Under the pieces are notes generated by a model. It was not told the DNA's origin. It did no database searches and saw nothing but the letters and a program-made list of their open reading frames with translations. 38,534 nucleotides of DNA from a virus: IMG/VR virus record IMGVR_UViG_3300045988_049226; one strand, written 5' to 3'. Of the stretch, positions 17,344 to 26,261 are shown in pieces (positions within the stretch are counted from its first letter, which is position 1; every line of letters begins with the position of its first letter). The position numbers and the translations under genes were made by a program.

Positions 17344-17895
17344 TTACGACTTTGGGAAGACTGCTGCACGGAATTTCTCCAAGTTAAACGCTGGGTTATC
17401 TTCACGAGCAATGATCATTACATCACCGTTTTCATCGTCACCACGCGCAACGAAGTTACCTGTCACGCTGTCTTCTTTAGGTGCTGGTGAACCGTCTTTA
17501 GTTTCAGTTTCCATGCCCGGAAGAGAGAATTTACCTTTAAGGAGACCGATCCAGATAGCCTTACCATCTTCTGTGGAAGTACGGAAGCAACAAGCCACGT
17601 CTTTAGGTGTGAGGTTCTTGTTGTACACTTCCATACCGTCTTTTACTTCGATTCCGTAAAGAACTTTACGTGCTTCTGTAGAAATGTCGAGTACAGAAAT
17701 ATCCAATTGTGTACCTGTGATACCAGATGACAATACTACGTATGGGCCATCATCAGCAGCGATTGTTACAAGTTCGTTTGTGATATCAATCTTAGCAGAT
17801 TTCATCCCCGGCAATTTCATAGTTGTTGGGACTTTATTTTCAGCGTTAACTTCACCAAATTCAAATCCACGCAATCCAAATTTAACTTTAGACAT
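17344..17895 (-). CDS. Major tail protein (phi13-like family).
   Basis: 183 aa beginning MSKVKFGLRGFEFGEVNAENKVPTTMKLPGMKSAKIDITNE. It lies upstream of the G/GT chaperones. Confidence 0.8.
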   Translation of the reverse strand: MSKVKFGLRGFEFGEVNAENKVPTTMKLPGMKSAKIDITNELVTIAADDGPYVVLSSGITGTQLDISVLDISTEARKVLYGIEVKDGMEVYNKNLTPKDVACCFRTSTEDGKAIWIGLLKGKFSLPGMETETKDGSPAPKEDSVTGNFVARGDDENGDVMIIAREDNPAFNLEKFRAAVFPKS

Positions 17896-17898
17896 TCA

Positions 17899-18348
17899 TT
17901 AATCCTCGTTTCTTAATTTTTCCAGTTGCCAATCAAAAAAACGATACTTTCTTACATTCACCAGTAAGTCAATATCGTTATCTCTGTATCTTGGCAGTTC
18001 GTTTGTTGTGTAACGGTCAAAGCCATTACTTTCTAAAATCTTATCCATCAATTCAGCAATCTGTTCAGACTGCTTGGCATTCACACACCAATAGTTGATT
18101 GTGATCCTGTGTTCAGTCGAGATGGCTTTATCATCTGCAAACTCAACATCATTCTCATATGTTGGATAGATACGCATAAAGGGCGCTAAATCTTTGCTTA
18201 GCGCATTAGTCGGGCGCTCTGGAATGTCGTAGGTAAAGATGCCTTGCTTAAATCCAAGACCAAATTTCTTCCCTCGTAACTTATCGAGTAAGCTATTCAG
18301 TTCTTCATCGTTGCTTAATAACTTATAAGCTATTGTTTCTACAGTCAC
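17899..18348 (-). CDS. Tail completion / tail terminator protein (assigned by position).
   Basis: 149 aa between the HK97 gp10-like gene and the major tail gene. Confidence 0.55.
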   Translation of the reverse strand: MTVETIAYKLLSNDEELNSLLDKLRGKKFGLGFKQGIFTYDIPERPTNALSKDLAPFMRIYPTYENDVEFADDKAISTEHRITINYWCVNAKQSEQIAELMDKILESNGFDRYTTNELPRYRDNDIDLLVNVRKYRFFDWQLEKLRNED

Positions 18349-18722
18349 AATCCCAATCCCTCCTTTACTTTCGTAGCGTATATTTCTTTAACAATTGGTG
18401 TTGCTTCATTAATTGTCTTTTCTTCAAATCCTTGCGATTTCTGGTATTTCGTACCATCGTCTGGAAAGTGTATCCGCCAGCCTGTAGCACGACCAAAGCC
18501 AATATCTTTTGATATCAAACCGTGGTCACCACCTTTAAAACCTGTGACTTTCGTATCATCTTTGGCATGGACACCATCAAGTACGAAGTAAACTGGTGTA
18601 TTTACTTCCAAAATCTTCTCGACTTCATCCGCTCCTTCTCCTACTGCTGCTCGTGCAGCCTTTGGAGCTTTCACTTGCAGTTCGTTTAGTCGTGATAAAA
18701 TCTGATCCAGACCTTTTGTCAT
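18345..18722 (-). CDS. HK97 gp10-like head-tail joining protein.
   Basis: 125 aa; position and the N-terminal helix LDQILSRLNELQVKAPKAARAAV support the call. It has 4-nt overlaps with both neighbours. Confidence 0.6.
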   Translation of the reverse strand: MTKGLDQILSRLNELQVKAPKAARAAVGEGADEVEKILEVNTPVYFVLDGVHAKDDTKVTGFKGGDHGLISKDIGFGRATGWRIHFPDDGTKYQKSQGFEEKTINEATPIVKEIYATKVKEGLGL

Positions 18723-19075
18723 GTCCGCCTCTTGATGCTGATCTTATCCATGTCAAATGATGATTCATCCACATCGACCGATACGATATCATATTCAAAC
18801 CCGTTAAATTCAACATGATCTGAGCTATCAAATGGTCGTTCTGGATTGTGACGAATATACAAGGTTTTTAATTCGCTCGAAGAAACAATTCCTTTAGCTT
18901 TCTTGTTGGCAGTCTGGTTCGCCCCCTCTTGAAAGTCTTTCAAGGAAGTTTTAGCAACCTCTGCCCAACAAGTATAGAGGTTTTTTCGAGATGGAGAGAC
19001 AACCTCACCATCTTCGTTCTGACCTCCGATTTCACGGAAGAATGTTACTCTGTGATTCATCTTTCTTGTTATCAT
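18719..19075 (-). CDS. Head closure / head-tail adaptor protein (SPP1 gp16-like).
   Basis: 118 aa; MNHRVTFFREIGGQNEDGEVV...YTCWAEVAKTSLKDF is typical of this family. Confidence 0.65.
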   Translation of the reverse strand: MITRKMNHRVTFFREIGGQNEDGEVVSPSRKNLYTCWAEVAKTSLKDFQEGANQTANKKAKGIVSSSELKTLYIRHNPERPFDSSDHVEFNGFEYDIVSVDVDESSFDMDKISIKRRT

Positions 19076-19367
19076 CGAGTTCCCTCCGTGTTCTTAATTG
19101 ATGGATAATATTAAGTATACCGTTAGCCAGTCCATGACGTTGCGTGTCAGCAGACAAGCCACGATGTTCGTATTCCTCTTTTACTTGCTTTTTAACGGCA
19201 AGTGTAAACTTAGCATATTTAGCTAAATCTTGAGGGGTTACATCATTTCCGATAGCAAAACAGATTTCATCTTCTGCAGCATCAATCATTTCTTCAAGCA
19301 TTTGATCCTCAAAGTCAAAATCAATCTTACAGTATAATTTCACATCTTCTAAATCCGTTACAGCCAT
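19032..19367 (-). CDS. gp6-like head-tail connector (QLRG-type DNA packaging protein).
   Basis: MAVTDLEDVKLYCKIDFDFEDQMLEEMIDAAEDEI...IIHQLRTRREL. ATG at 19367 with GGAG upstream is preferred over TTG at 19382. Confidence 0.65.
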   Translation of the reverse strand: MAVTDLEDVKLYCKIDFDFEDQMLEEMIDAAEDEICFAIGNDVTPQDLAKYAKFTLAVKKQVKEEYEHRGLSADTQRHGLANGILNIIHQLRTRRELDDNKKDESQSNILP

Positions 19368-19513
19368 ATCATCACGCTCCAATCAATGCAAGTAGTTGCT
19401 CTTTGGTTTGTGATGCGCTGTACGTGATTCCTTTGCTATCGAGATAAGCCATGATGTCGGCTTTGGTGCTACTTGCGGTTGGTACTACTAGAGTTACCGC
19501 TGACCGTGAGACA

Positions 19514-19530
19514 CCCCCACTCGTTGGGGG
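19514..19530 (-). promoter_or_regulatory. Stem-loop 4 nt downstream of the capsid stop codon.
   Basis: Minus-strand reading is CCCCCA-ACGAG-UGGGGG. No U-run follows it. Confidence 0.6.
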
Positions 19531-19534
19531 AGTA

Positions 19535-20704
19535 TTAGGGCATAGTTACGAAATAACCAGCTTTCGCATCTGCTTTCTTCACGTCAAAGCGTACAACTGC
19601 TTGCAAGTATTGACCGTAGATTTCGTTGTCAGTCCAACGTAGACCCAATTCTTGACGGTCTGCAAAGAGTACAGCGCGTTGGATATCACCGATAAACGCT
19701 TTAGCATCACCATCTACGCCAAGCGTTGTATCAGCAACTACAAATACTGGATGTCCAAGAAACTCTTTTCCAGAAGCAGATGTGATTGAATCTTGAAGAA
19801 GGTAACGGTCATTCTTATCTTTCAAAGTGTCCAATTTTTGATAGAATGATTGAGAAACCACGAATGATACGTTATAAGCTGGGTCAAGATCTTTGTTCAA
19901 GATGTGCTTGATTTCGTCAAGGTTTGTAGCGTTCTTAGCTTCAAAGTCTTTCAAAACAGTTGCAATAGCTTTGTTTGTAGTATTAACCTTGATTTGGTTT
20001 GCTGCTTCTGCGACAATTGCCAAAAGGTCAACATCTGCATCGTCAATGGCTTCTTGAGACAATGGAATCGCACCGCGGTAAGTCTTAACTTTCCAATCTA
20101 CGCTTGTAAATTCTGGTTTAGCAAGAGCAGGGTTTTTTTCCAATTCTTCAACACTTACCATTTCTGATGTTGCACGTTTGAGAATTGGGTAAGAGCCTTC
20201 GCCCTTAGATGCTTTGTGGATTGTTGTGAATTGTTTCAAGTCAAGAACTGTTTTCACTTCACGAATTGGTGTAGTTACGATTTCTTTGCTAGTAACCTTT
20301 TCAGTTCCATCTTTCTTCAATCCGTCAGCGGTAGGGTTAACTGCTACGTTCATTGGAACAAGCACATCTTTTCCGTCTGTTTTAAGTTGGCTATCTACTA
20401 CCGCACCTTTAGTACGAATGTACTCACCTACTGCTTCACGCATAGTTTTAGTTTCTGTTGCTACTGCATGAGTTTCAGCAGTTTGTGGTTCATTTTTTAC
20501 TTCTTTAAACAAATTTAATTCCTCCGTCAATGTGTTCAAAGTTTCTTTCTTAACATCGATAGATGCACGCATTTCTTTCGCTTCATTAAGATCAGCGTTT
20601 GCACTATCTTCCAACATAGCTTTTAAATCGCTTGTAGCAGTTTCAATTTCTGCCTTAGTTTCAGCGATTTTAGCTTCTAATTCTTTGATTTTTTCATCAA
20701 TCAT
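19535..20704 (-). CDS. Major capsid protein, HK97 fold, with an N-terminal coiled-coil delta domain.
   Basis: 389 aa. The N-terminus MIDEKIKELEAKIAETKAEIETATSDLKAM resembles a scaffold-like delta domain. It follows the ClpP-like protease. Confidence 0.85.
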   Translation of the reverse strand: MIDEKIKELEAKIAETKAEIETATSDLKAMLEDSANADLNEAKEMRASIDVKKETLNTLTEELNLFKEVKNEPQTAETHAVATETKTMREAVGEYIRTKGAVVDSQLKTDGKDVLVPMNVAVNPTADGLKKDGTEKVTSKEIVTTPIREVKTVLDLKQFTTIHKASKGEGSYPILKRATSEMVSVEELEKNPALAKPEFTSVDWKVKTYRGAIPLSQEAIDDADVDLLAIVAEAANQIKVNTTNKAIATVLKDFEAKNATNLDEIKHILNKDLDPAYNVSFVVSQSFYQKLDTLKDKNDRYLLQDSITSASGKEFLGHPVFVVADTTLGVDGDAKAFIGDIQRAVLFADRQELGLRWTDNEIYGQYLQAVVRFDVKKADAKAGYFVTMP

Positions 20705-20725
20705 TTAGGTATATTCCCCTTTCTT

Positions 20726-21412
20726 TTAAAGACCGTTTAAGATGGTCTCTTTTTCTAGCTCAAATAACATCGCTTGAGCTTCTTTTGTGTTCGATTTCTT
20801 CCGTGAGTAAAAGTCATCGATGACTGCTTGCGGTAACAATCCACTTTCGAGGCTTGCTACTGCGCCTAAATCTTTCTCAAAAGTCATGAGTTCATCAGCA
20901 AAACCTTTTTCAATCGCTTCATTCGCAGACATAAAGGTTTCATTCTTCATCATTTCAAAGATTTCATCTTCTGATAAACCAGTCTTTGAGACATACGCAT
21001 TAATAATCGATTGGTCGCTAGACTTGAGAGCATTTACTGCTTTCTCTAAATCATCGCTATTTCCAGATGCACGAGTAAGTAGTGCTTTGTGGATCATAAT
21101 TTGTGCAGTTGGACTCATTTTGACCGTATCCGCACCCATAATCGCAACACTAGCAGCACTCGCAGCCATTCCTGTCACTTCCACTGTGACGTGGCCTTTG
21201 TATTCTTTAAGAGCGGTATATATTTCGCTTCCTACTGTCACTAGACCACCGTTGGAATTGACTTCTAGCGTGATATCCTCGTTGATATCTTCTGGAAATT
21301 GATCTGTAATCGACTTTGCGCTGACCGCCTCTAGTCCAAAAAACTCATACACTTCGTACTCGTTATTCGAGATCAGAGGCCCTTTCATCTTGATTCTCTT
21401 TGCCATTTTCAT
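20726..21412 (-). CDS. ClpP-like (S14) head maturation protease.
   Basis: VNSNGGLVTVGSEIYTALKEY...TGMAASAASVIAMGADTVKMSPTAQIMIHKA. ATG at 21412 after AAAGGGGGTGAGA is preferred over GTG at 21418. Confidence 0.8.
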   Translation of the reverse strand: MKMAKRIKMKGPLISNNEYEVYEFFGLEAVSAKSITDQFPEDINEDITLEVNSNGGLVTVGSEIYTALKEYKGHVTVEVTGMAASAASVAIMGADTVKMSPTAQIMIHKALLTRASGNSDDLEKAVNALKSSDQSIINAYVSKTGLSEDEIFEMMKNETFMSANEAIEKGFADELMTFEKDLGAVASLESGLLPQAVIDDFYSRKKSNTKEAQAMLFELEKETILNGL

Positions 21413-22592
21413 TCTCACCCCCTTTCAATGTCTGATATTCCTCTTTCTTATCGAGGAACACATAGTTCAGACTGGATTGATAACGATCCATATTAGGATC
21501 AGACGAACGCTCTTTCCCAAGTTCCACGCGCCCCTCGTTGGGTGTGATAACCTGGTTAATAATCAACTTCGTGATTTCATCTACGTTTCGACCTGTCACG
21601 CTTCGAGTGTCGAAGTCGATCTTGTATTTCTTACGTTCTTCATCGCCCAATACTTTAAGGGCAAGCTCGCTAGTGATTGCGTCAAAATAAAACGGCAAGT
21701 CGTTCGCGACATAATCCTCAGCCAACTGTGCTACTGACTGGTTAGGACTATTCACACCTAGCTTATAACTTGGCACTCGCAAGGCTTTCGCGATCTGCGC
21801 AGTCGTAAAGTTATTAGATGTAATCAACTGCAAAACGTTCGTATCAATTTCAAGTGGTGTATACTCTTGTGTATCGTCAAATACTAAAGGACTGCCACCA
21901 GTCGAACCCTCACGCATCTTCTCAAAGTCCATACGGGCTTTCTTGCGTGCCTCACCGTTCAGTTGAGCGCCTTTTAGCTTGATAATTCCGCTAGAAAATC
22001 CATCACGGAAGAATTTAATCAAGGTATTCAGTCCACCGTCTTGCAAGCTGATCTCGCTACCAAGTGACAGTAGTGGAGATCGTCCTAAAATGGTATCGTG
22101 ACTAAAGAATTTCCAGTGAATGACATCTTCCGCTTTACATTCAATCGCCTTACCCGTTAAACGGTCACGGAAAGTATATATCAGTCTGTGGTCGTTCGTT
22201 TCCTCTACAGTCGTTTCAGACGGTCTGTAGAATTGAAATTGAAGTGCTTTTTCAGTCTTAGGGTCTCGTAAGATTCGAGAAAACGAATTCCCTGTTAGAA
22301 TCGCGTTAACGGTCATTGCGAACTTCCATGTCCGTGCTGACACGTTACCAGTCGATTTAACGTTTAAGAGATAGTTCAAATCCGCATCTTGCTCGATGTT
22401 CCCAGTAAAATCTTTCTTTAATAATGGGAATCGTGCGATATCTCCAGCGATGATGGTGACTGCCGTTAAGATATCGCTGTTCTTTAATGCAGAAATTCCT
22501 GTGTACTCTGGGGAGTAGTTGCCAGATAACACGGAAGAAATGTAATCATCATAAGAGGGCTTGGTTGATCCCAATGGTTGAAAGAAACTCAT
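21363..22592 (-). CDS. Portal protein (HK97 family).
   Basis: 409 aa with RBS GAAAGGAGGTGAG, positioned between TerL and the protease. Confidence 0.8.
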   Translation of the reverse strand: MSFFQPLGSTKPSYDDYISSVLSGNYSPEYTGISALKNSDILTAVTIIAGDIARFPLLKKDFTGNIEQDADLNYLLNVKSTGNVSARTWKFAMTVNAILTGNSFSRILRDPKTEKALQFQFYRPSETTVEETNDHRLIYTFRDRLTGKAIECKAEDVIHWKFFSHDTILGRSPLLSLGSEISLQDGGLNTLIKFFRDGFSSGIIKLKGAQLNGEARKKARMDFEKMREGSTGGSPLVFDDTQEYTPLEIDTNVLQLITSNNFTTAQIAKALRVPSYKLGVNSPNQSVAQLAEDYVANDLPFYFDAITSELALKVLGDEERKKYKIDFDTRSVTGRNVDEITKLIINQVITPNEGRVELGKERSSDPNMDRYQSSLNYVFLDKKEEYQTLKGGENENGKENQDERASDLE

Positions 22593-22622
22593 ATAATCTC
22601 ACCTCCTTTCTATCCATTGAAA

Positions 22623-22775
22623 TCAATGTTTCTTATGTTTATGTTCAAGTCGTTTGATTCGATCTGCTAAAACCTCAATAACATCTACTGTGTCTTGAGT
22701 AAATTTAAAGAGATCATTCTCTAAATACTCAATACGCTCCAGCAACTCGTATTTCTTCTTGATTCGTTTCTTCAT
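22623..22775 (-). CDS. Small charged helical protein (50 aa), below the ORF-track size threshold.
   Basis: ATG at 22775 with RBS GAGGGGGTG. The translation is MKKRIKKKYELLERIEYLENDLFKFTQDTVDVIEVLADRIKRLEHKHKKH. Its ATGA overlaps the stop of the preceding micro-ORF. Confidence 0.55.
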   Translation of the reverse strand: MKKRIKKKYELLERIEYLENDLFKFTQDTVDVIEVLADRIKRLEHKHKKH

Positions 22776-22930
22776 TGCGCACCCCCTCGATCAATGTATA
22801 TGGCTAAAATAATTAGGATCAATCCAGTCGAGATAAATCCAACCACTGGATTTACCAAGAAAAGACCGTAAATTAAAAATCCTATGCCGATAAGCAATAG
22901 GATTGTGTGTATATATTTCAGTAAGATCAA
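22772..22930 (-). CDS. Small two-transmembrane membrane protein (52 aa), below the ORF-track size threshold.
   Basis: TTG at 22930 overlaps the TerL TGA (TTGA), with GGAGGAGG 9 nt upstream. The translation is LILLKYIHTILLLIGIGFLIYGLFLVNPVVGFISTGLILIILAIYIDRGGAQ. Confidence 0.5.
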   Translation of the reverse strand: MILLKYIHTILLLIGIGFLIYGLFLVNPVVGFISTGLILIILAIYIDRGGAQ

Positions 22931-24678
22931 AATAGGCTACCTCCTCCCAATATTTTCTCGTTGGTCCAATATCCAGACCCGTCAAATGGTTCAAGGTAGC
23001 ATACTGCATAAGCATCTAAAAGGGCATCTAGTGGGTCAATTTTATTGCTATTTTTATCCTTATCAATACGCATACCGTTATTATCAACCTTGACACGCGC
23101 ATTATTGATGGCCATTGTAAGTAGTTGATTTCCAGCGTGCTTGATTGTGCCTTTCAAGACTTCATCACGTAGCTGTCTGGTTGGCATATTCAAGACCATT
23201 GTATTTTGTCTCACTTCGATTAGTGGCCATTCTGGATGTCGTTTTTCAATCATCGCAATTAATGAGCTAAATTGGTATGGGTCGAAGCATATAGCTTGTA
23301 ACTCCCACTCATTCATATAGATCATTTCTTCCAACTTCTCAAGTACACGTTCATCATCAATCACACCGCTTTCGAGTGTTGTGATTTCACATTCGCCCAT
23401 ACGCTCTAAATTCGTATAAGAGACACCGTCACGTTTCTCTTTAGCGACTAGCCCATACTTGGTAGCTACAAACGAAAAGCTATCGCAAAACCAATAATCG
23501 TCCATCTGGACCATCGTGGAGATGGCAAATAAGTCGTTAACCTTACCAACATCGACACCAATCCAAACCCTACGCTTACGTGTGTTTGGCTTTTCATCGA
23601 GTTTAGCTTGTTGCCAGCTCGATTTATCCATATATGAGCTTTCTGATGATTGTCTCCACATATTAAAGTTCTTAACCAGCACCTCATTAACTGTGCCAGT
23701 TTCAAGTGATACTTTCCTACGTGTTCTTAAATAGTCAATCATGTTATCGTAGAGTGCTTCAACTTCTAAAATAGGGTTTGATTTAATCCAGTTTGCTTCA
23801 TCTTTGATTTCTTCTTCATTGTCTTGTTCTGCGATAAAAGCAAAGTAACCATCATCCGTAATTTCATCATTTAAAATCCGTTCAATGTATGGATACTCGA
23901 TTGTATGCATCGGTACGTTTAAATCAAATCCAGCGGTTGAAATAATCAAAATCAATGGATTGTCTAACTGTCCTTGACCAGACGCGAGCAGTTCAAGCAT
24001 TTCATTTGTTTTTGATGCTGCAAACTCATCTAGCACACCAACATACGGTTCAAATCCATCGACCGCCCCTGTATCTCTGGAAAGTGGTCGTATATAGGAT
24101 TCATCTACCAAATTACGCAATTCCTCACGCACTCGTTTAGTAGCCTTGCGCACGTCTTCATCTTGCGCCCTTAAAGCGTCCAGTTGCTTCCGCGCCATGT
24201 CGAATGATATCTTTGCCTGACTTTTGTCATTGGCCGTGCAAAACAATTGCCTACTCATCGCTGGATTACGCCCAAACAGAAATTCATAGAGCAATATACC
24301 AGCTACAAGAATTGTCTTACCATTTTTACGAGCCAGTGAGATCATTGCTTTTCTGAATCGTCTGATTGTGTTGTCTGATTTTCTTCTCCAGCCATACAAA
24401 CTAGCGATGATGAATTTTTGAAATTCCGCTAGTGGATAAGGCTTGCCAGTTTTTACATCCGGGAGGATTTCAATAAAATCAATCGGGTTCTTTGCCATAT
24501 CTGGAAAGTAGTCGTAGTCGCTGTTGGGAATATTCTCCAAATCTCTCATGTGTCGCTTGCAAGCCTTATAGACTTTCGCACTCACTCTACGCTTACCTTC
24601 CAGTACTTCTTTAGCGTACCTATAAGCCACATCTTGATATTTCTTATCTACGATTGTTTTCATCCTCCTTTCTGACAA
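22927..24678 (-). CDS. terL: Terminase large subunit.
   Basis: 583 aa. A Walker A-like motif is in ARKNGKTILVAG, and the C-terminal half is nuclease-like. ATG at 24663 is an alternative start. Confidence 0.85.
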   Translation of the reverse strand: MSERRMKTIVDKKYQDVAYRYAKEVLEGKRRVSAKVYKACKRHMRDLENIPNSDYDYFPDMAKNPIDFIEILPDVKTGKPYPLAEFQKFIIASLYGWRRKSDNTIRRFRKAMISLARKNGKTILVAGILLYEFLFGRNPAMSRQLFCTANDKSQAKISFDMARKQLDALRAQDEDVRKATKRVREELRNLVDESYIRPLSRDTGAVDGFEPYVGVLDEFAASKTNEMLELLASGQGQLDNPLILIISTAGFDLNVPMHTIEYPYIERILNDEITDDGYFAFIAEQDNEEEIKDEANWIKSNPILEVEALYDNMIDYLRTRRKVSLETGTVNEVLVKNFNMWRQSSESSYMDKSSWQQAKLDEKPNTRKRRVWIGVDVGKVNDLFAISTMVQMDDYWFCDSFSFVATKYGLVAKEKRDGVSYTNLERMGECEITTLESGVIDDERVLEKLEEMIYMNEWELQAICFDPYQFSSLIAMIEKRHPEWPLIEVRQNTMVLNMPTRQLRDEVLKGTIKHAGNQLLTMAINNARVKVDNNGMRIDKDKNSNKIDPLDALLDAYAVCYLEPFDGSGYWTNEKILGGGSLF

Positions 24679-24693
24679 AATAAAAAGGAGGTG

Positions 24694-25161
24694 TTATCCT
24701 CCGAATTTATCAAATATACTGGTTTTCTTCTCTTCCACTTGTGGCACATACAGCTTCATTCGGCTGTCCACGGTCAGACCAAGCTGTGATGCTGCTCGTG
24801 TTAAGTTAGTAGTCGCACGTTCCAGACTATAGAGCATTTTATTCGGTAATACTTTACCGCTACTAGTCTCGTATACGTATCCCTCTTTCTGCAATCCACG
24901 AGAGATTTCTTTATAGACCGCATACCACGTACAATAGGTTTCTAAAATCGCTCGATCTAAATTTCTGAGGGGTAGCTTTCGTAGGTCATTAATCACGCGC
25001 TTATATTCTGCTTTAGCAATCGCATCAAAGTGCCTTGGTGGTGTGATCTGCAATGCTTCCAAACCATCAGAAGCCTTGTCCTCAATCTTCTTACGTGCGA
25101 TCTTCTCTTCTTTCGTCAAATGGCTTTTAGCAGTCGCTACCAGCTTCATTTTTCGCCCCAT
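24694..25161 (-). CDS. terS: Terminase small subunit (P27 family).
   Basis: ATG at 25161 with RBS AAAGGAGGTG. The translation begins MGRKMKLVATAKSHLTKEEKIARKKIE...APPRHFD-like...CTWYAVYKE. The upstream extension in the ORF track lacks an RBS. Confidence 0.75.
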   Translation of the reverse strand: MGRKMKLVATAKSHLTKEEKIARKKIEDKASDGLEALQITPPRHFDAIAKAEYKRVINDLRKLPLRNLDRAILETYCTWYAVYKEISRGLQKEGYVYETSSGKVLPNKMLYSLERATTNLTRAASQLGLTVDSRMKLYVPQVEEKKTSIFDKFGG

Positions 25162-25358
25162 ATTGACACCTCCTTTACTCAAATGACTTTTCAAAAACGG
25201 AATTTTTCGCACAAAAGAGGCCGCGTCCTTTGAATCACGAACCATATAGCCCCGTTCATAAAATAGTGGGGGTAAATTCCGAACATTAACCCCATTTCTT
25301 TTTATCTTCGTTCACCCAACACCCGCAGTCGGGTTCGGTTGGTTGACACGAATGACAA

Positions 25359-25697
25359 TCACAATAGATTGTTCCGATAGAGAATTGCTCTCTTATCATT
25401 ACATCTTTTGCAACTTGCTTTCAGATTACTTCTATCTAATCTTCGATTCCAATCAGCTTTCAATGGAATCACATGATCTGACATTGTAGCTTCGTCTCCA
25501 CAATATTCACACACATAATCATTCTCAAGTAGAACCAATCTCGACAATGCTTTCCATTCTTTCGAATTATAAAATGCTTTGGCTTCTCGATCGTACTTCC
25601 ATCGCATACGATTGTACTCTTTATACTCGTCTTGCCTTGATCCATAATCAGATAAGACTCTCTTACCTCTTGACATCGTTAACTTCTGTGGTCTCAT
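25359..25697 (-). CDS. HNH endonuclease (packaging-associated).
   Basis: CEYCGDEATMSDHVIPLKADWNRRLDRSNLKASCKRCNDKR. ATG at 25697 follows AAAGGTGATAAC. It is adjacent to terS, as in cos-type HK97-like phages. Confidence 0.8.
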   Translation of the reverse strand: MRPQKLTMSRGKRVLSDYGSRQDEYKEYNRMRWKYDREAKAFYNSKEWKALSRLVLLENDYVCEYCGDEATMSDHVIPLKADWNRRLDRSNLKASCKRCNDKRAILYRNNLL

Positions 25698-25844
25698 GTT
25701 ATCACCTTTTAAAATAACAAAAGAGATCCACAAAGCTATTGCAGATCATTGGTACTAAATAAGGAGACAAAACAATTAGGCTTGCGAACGTTTCTGCTGC
25801 CTTACGGATCTCTTTCTGTATACTATATTATCAGCTTATGTGTA

Positions 25845-26261
25845 TCATTTGTTAACGTTTGGTTCAATTCTTAAATGCTCAATCGCTTTCGCTCTTGCTC
25901 TTTGGATTGTCGCATGAGAACAGTTTAATTCTCTTCTGGTTTCTTGCCAAGAGTAGCCATTAACGTACATTAATCTCAACACGATATTTTCCAGCGGGTC
26001 ATCTAAATCCTCGATGGCATTAATAAGGCGCGTGCGTTCTTCCATAAGCTGGTTAATCTCAGCACGAATCTTTTCCGCCCCGTCTATGATTTTAATATTT
26101 AAATCTTCCGTAGCATTTCCACGCTTGCTCCCCTTTGGTTCATCAGAATATACCTGCCCCTTTAAAATAGCAGACTTGAGATTTTCGATCTCCTGCCGTT
26201 TGGATTTGATTTTGATATCAATATACTTTAATGCAGATAGTCTACTTGCTATGTTCACCAC
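25845..26261 (-). CDS. Late-gene transcriptional activator (ArpU/RinA-like, with a sigma-70 region-4-type HTH).
   Basis: 138 aa. The C-terminus LRLMYVNGYSWQETRRELNCSHATIQRARAKAIEHL is HTH-like. It is the last gene before the packaging module. It uses a GTG start. Confidence 0.6.
   Translation of the reverse strand: MVNIASRLSALKYIDIKIKSKRQEIENLKSAILKGQVYSDEPKGSKRGNATEDLNIKIIDGAEKIRAEINQLMEERTRLINAIEDLDDPLENIVLRLMYVNGYSWQETRRELNCSHATIQRARAKAIEHLRIEPNVNK

Noticed and set aside
17350-17356. A C CCA AAG heptamer two codons before the major tail stop, considered as a -1 frameshift site.
   Set aside because: The -1 frame adds only 13 Ala/Gly/Val-rich residues before a stop. It gains no domain, and the next structure downstream is the terminator rather than a stimulatory element. 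It is probably coincidental.
22791-23015. A 74-aa minus-strand ORF that overlaps the 3' end of terL.
   Set aside because: It overlaps terL by 89 nt in another frame and has no RBS. The same interval is better explained by two coupled micro-ORFs with RBSs and overlapping start and stop codons.
25162-25245. The N-terminal 28-codon extension of terS in the ORF track, and the similar upstream extensions of the HNH, protease, connector, VRR-NUC and primase-helicase ORFs.
   Set aside because: In each case an internal ATG or GTG has a strong, properly spaced RBS. The longer versions start without an RBS or overlap the upstream gene extensively.
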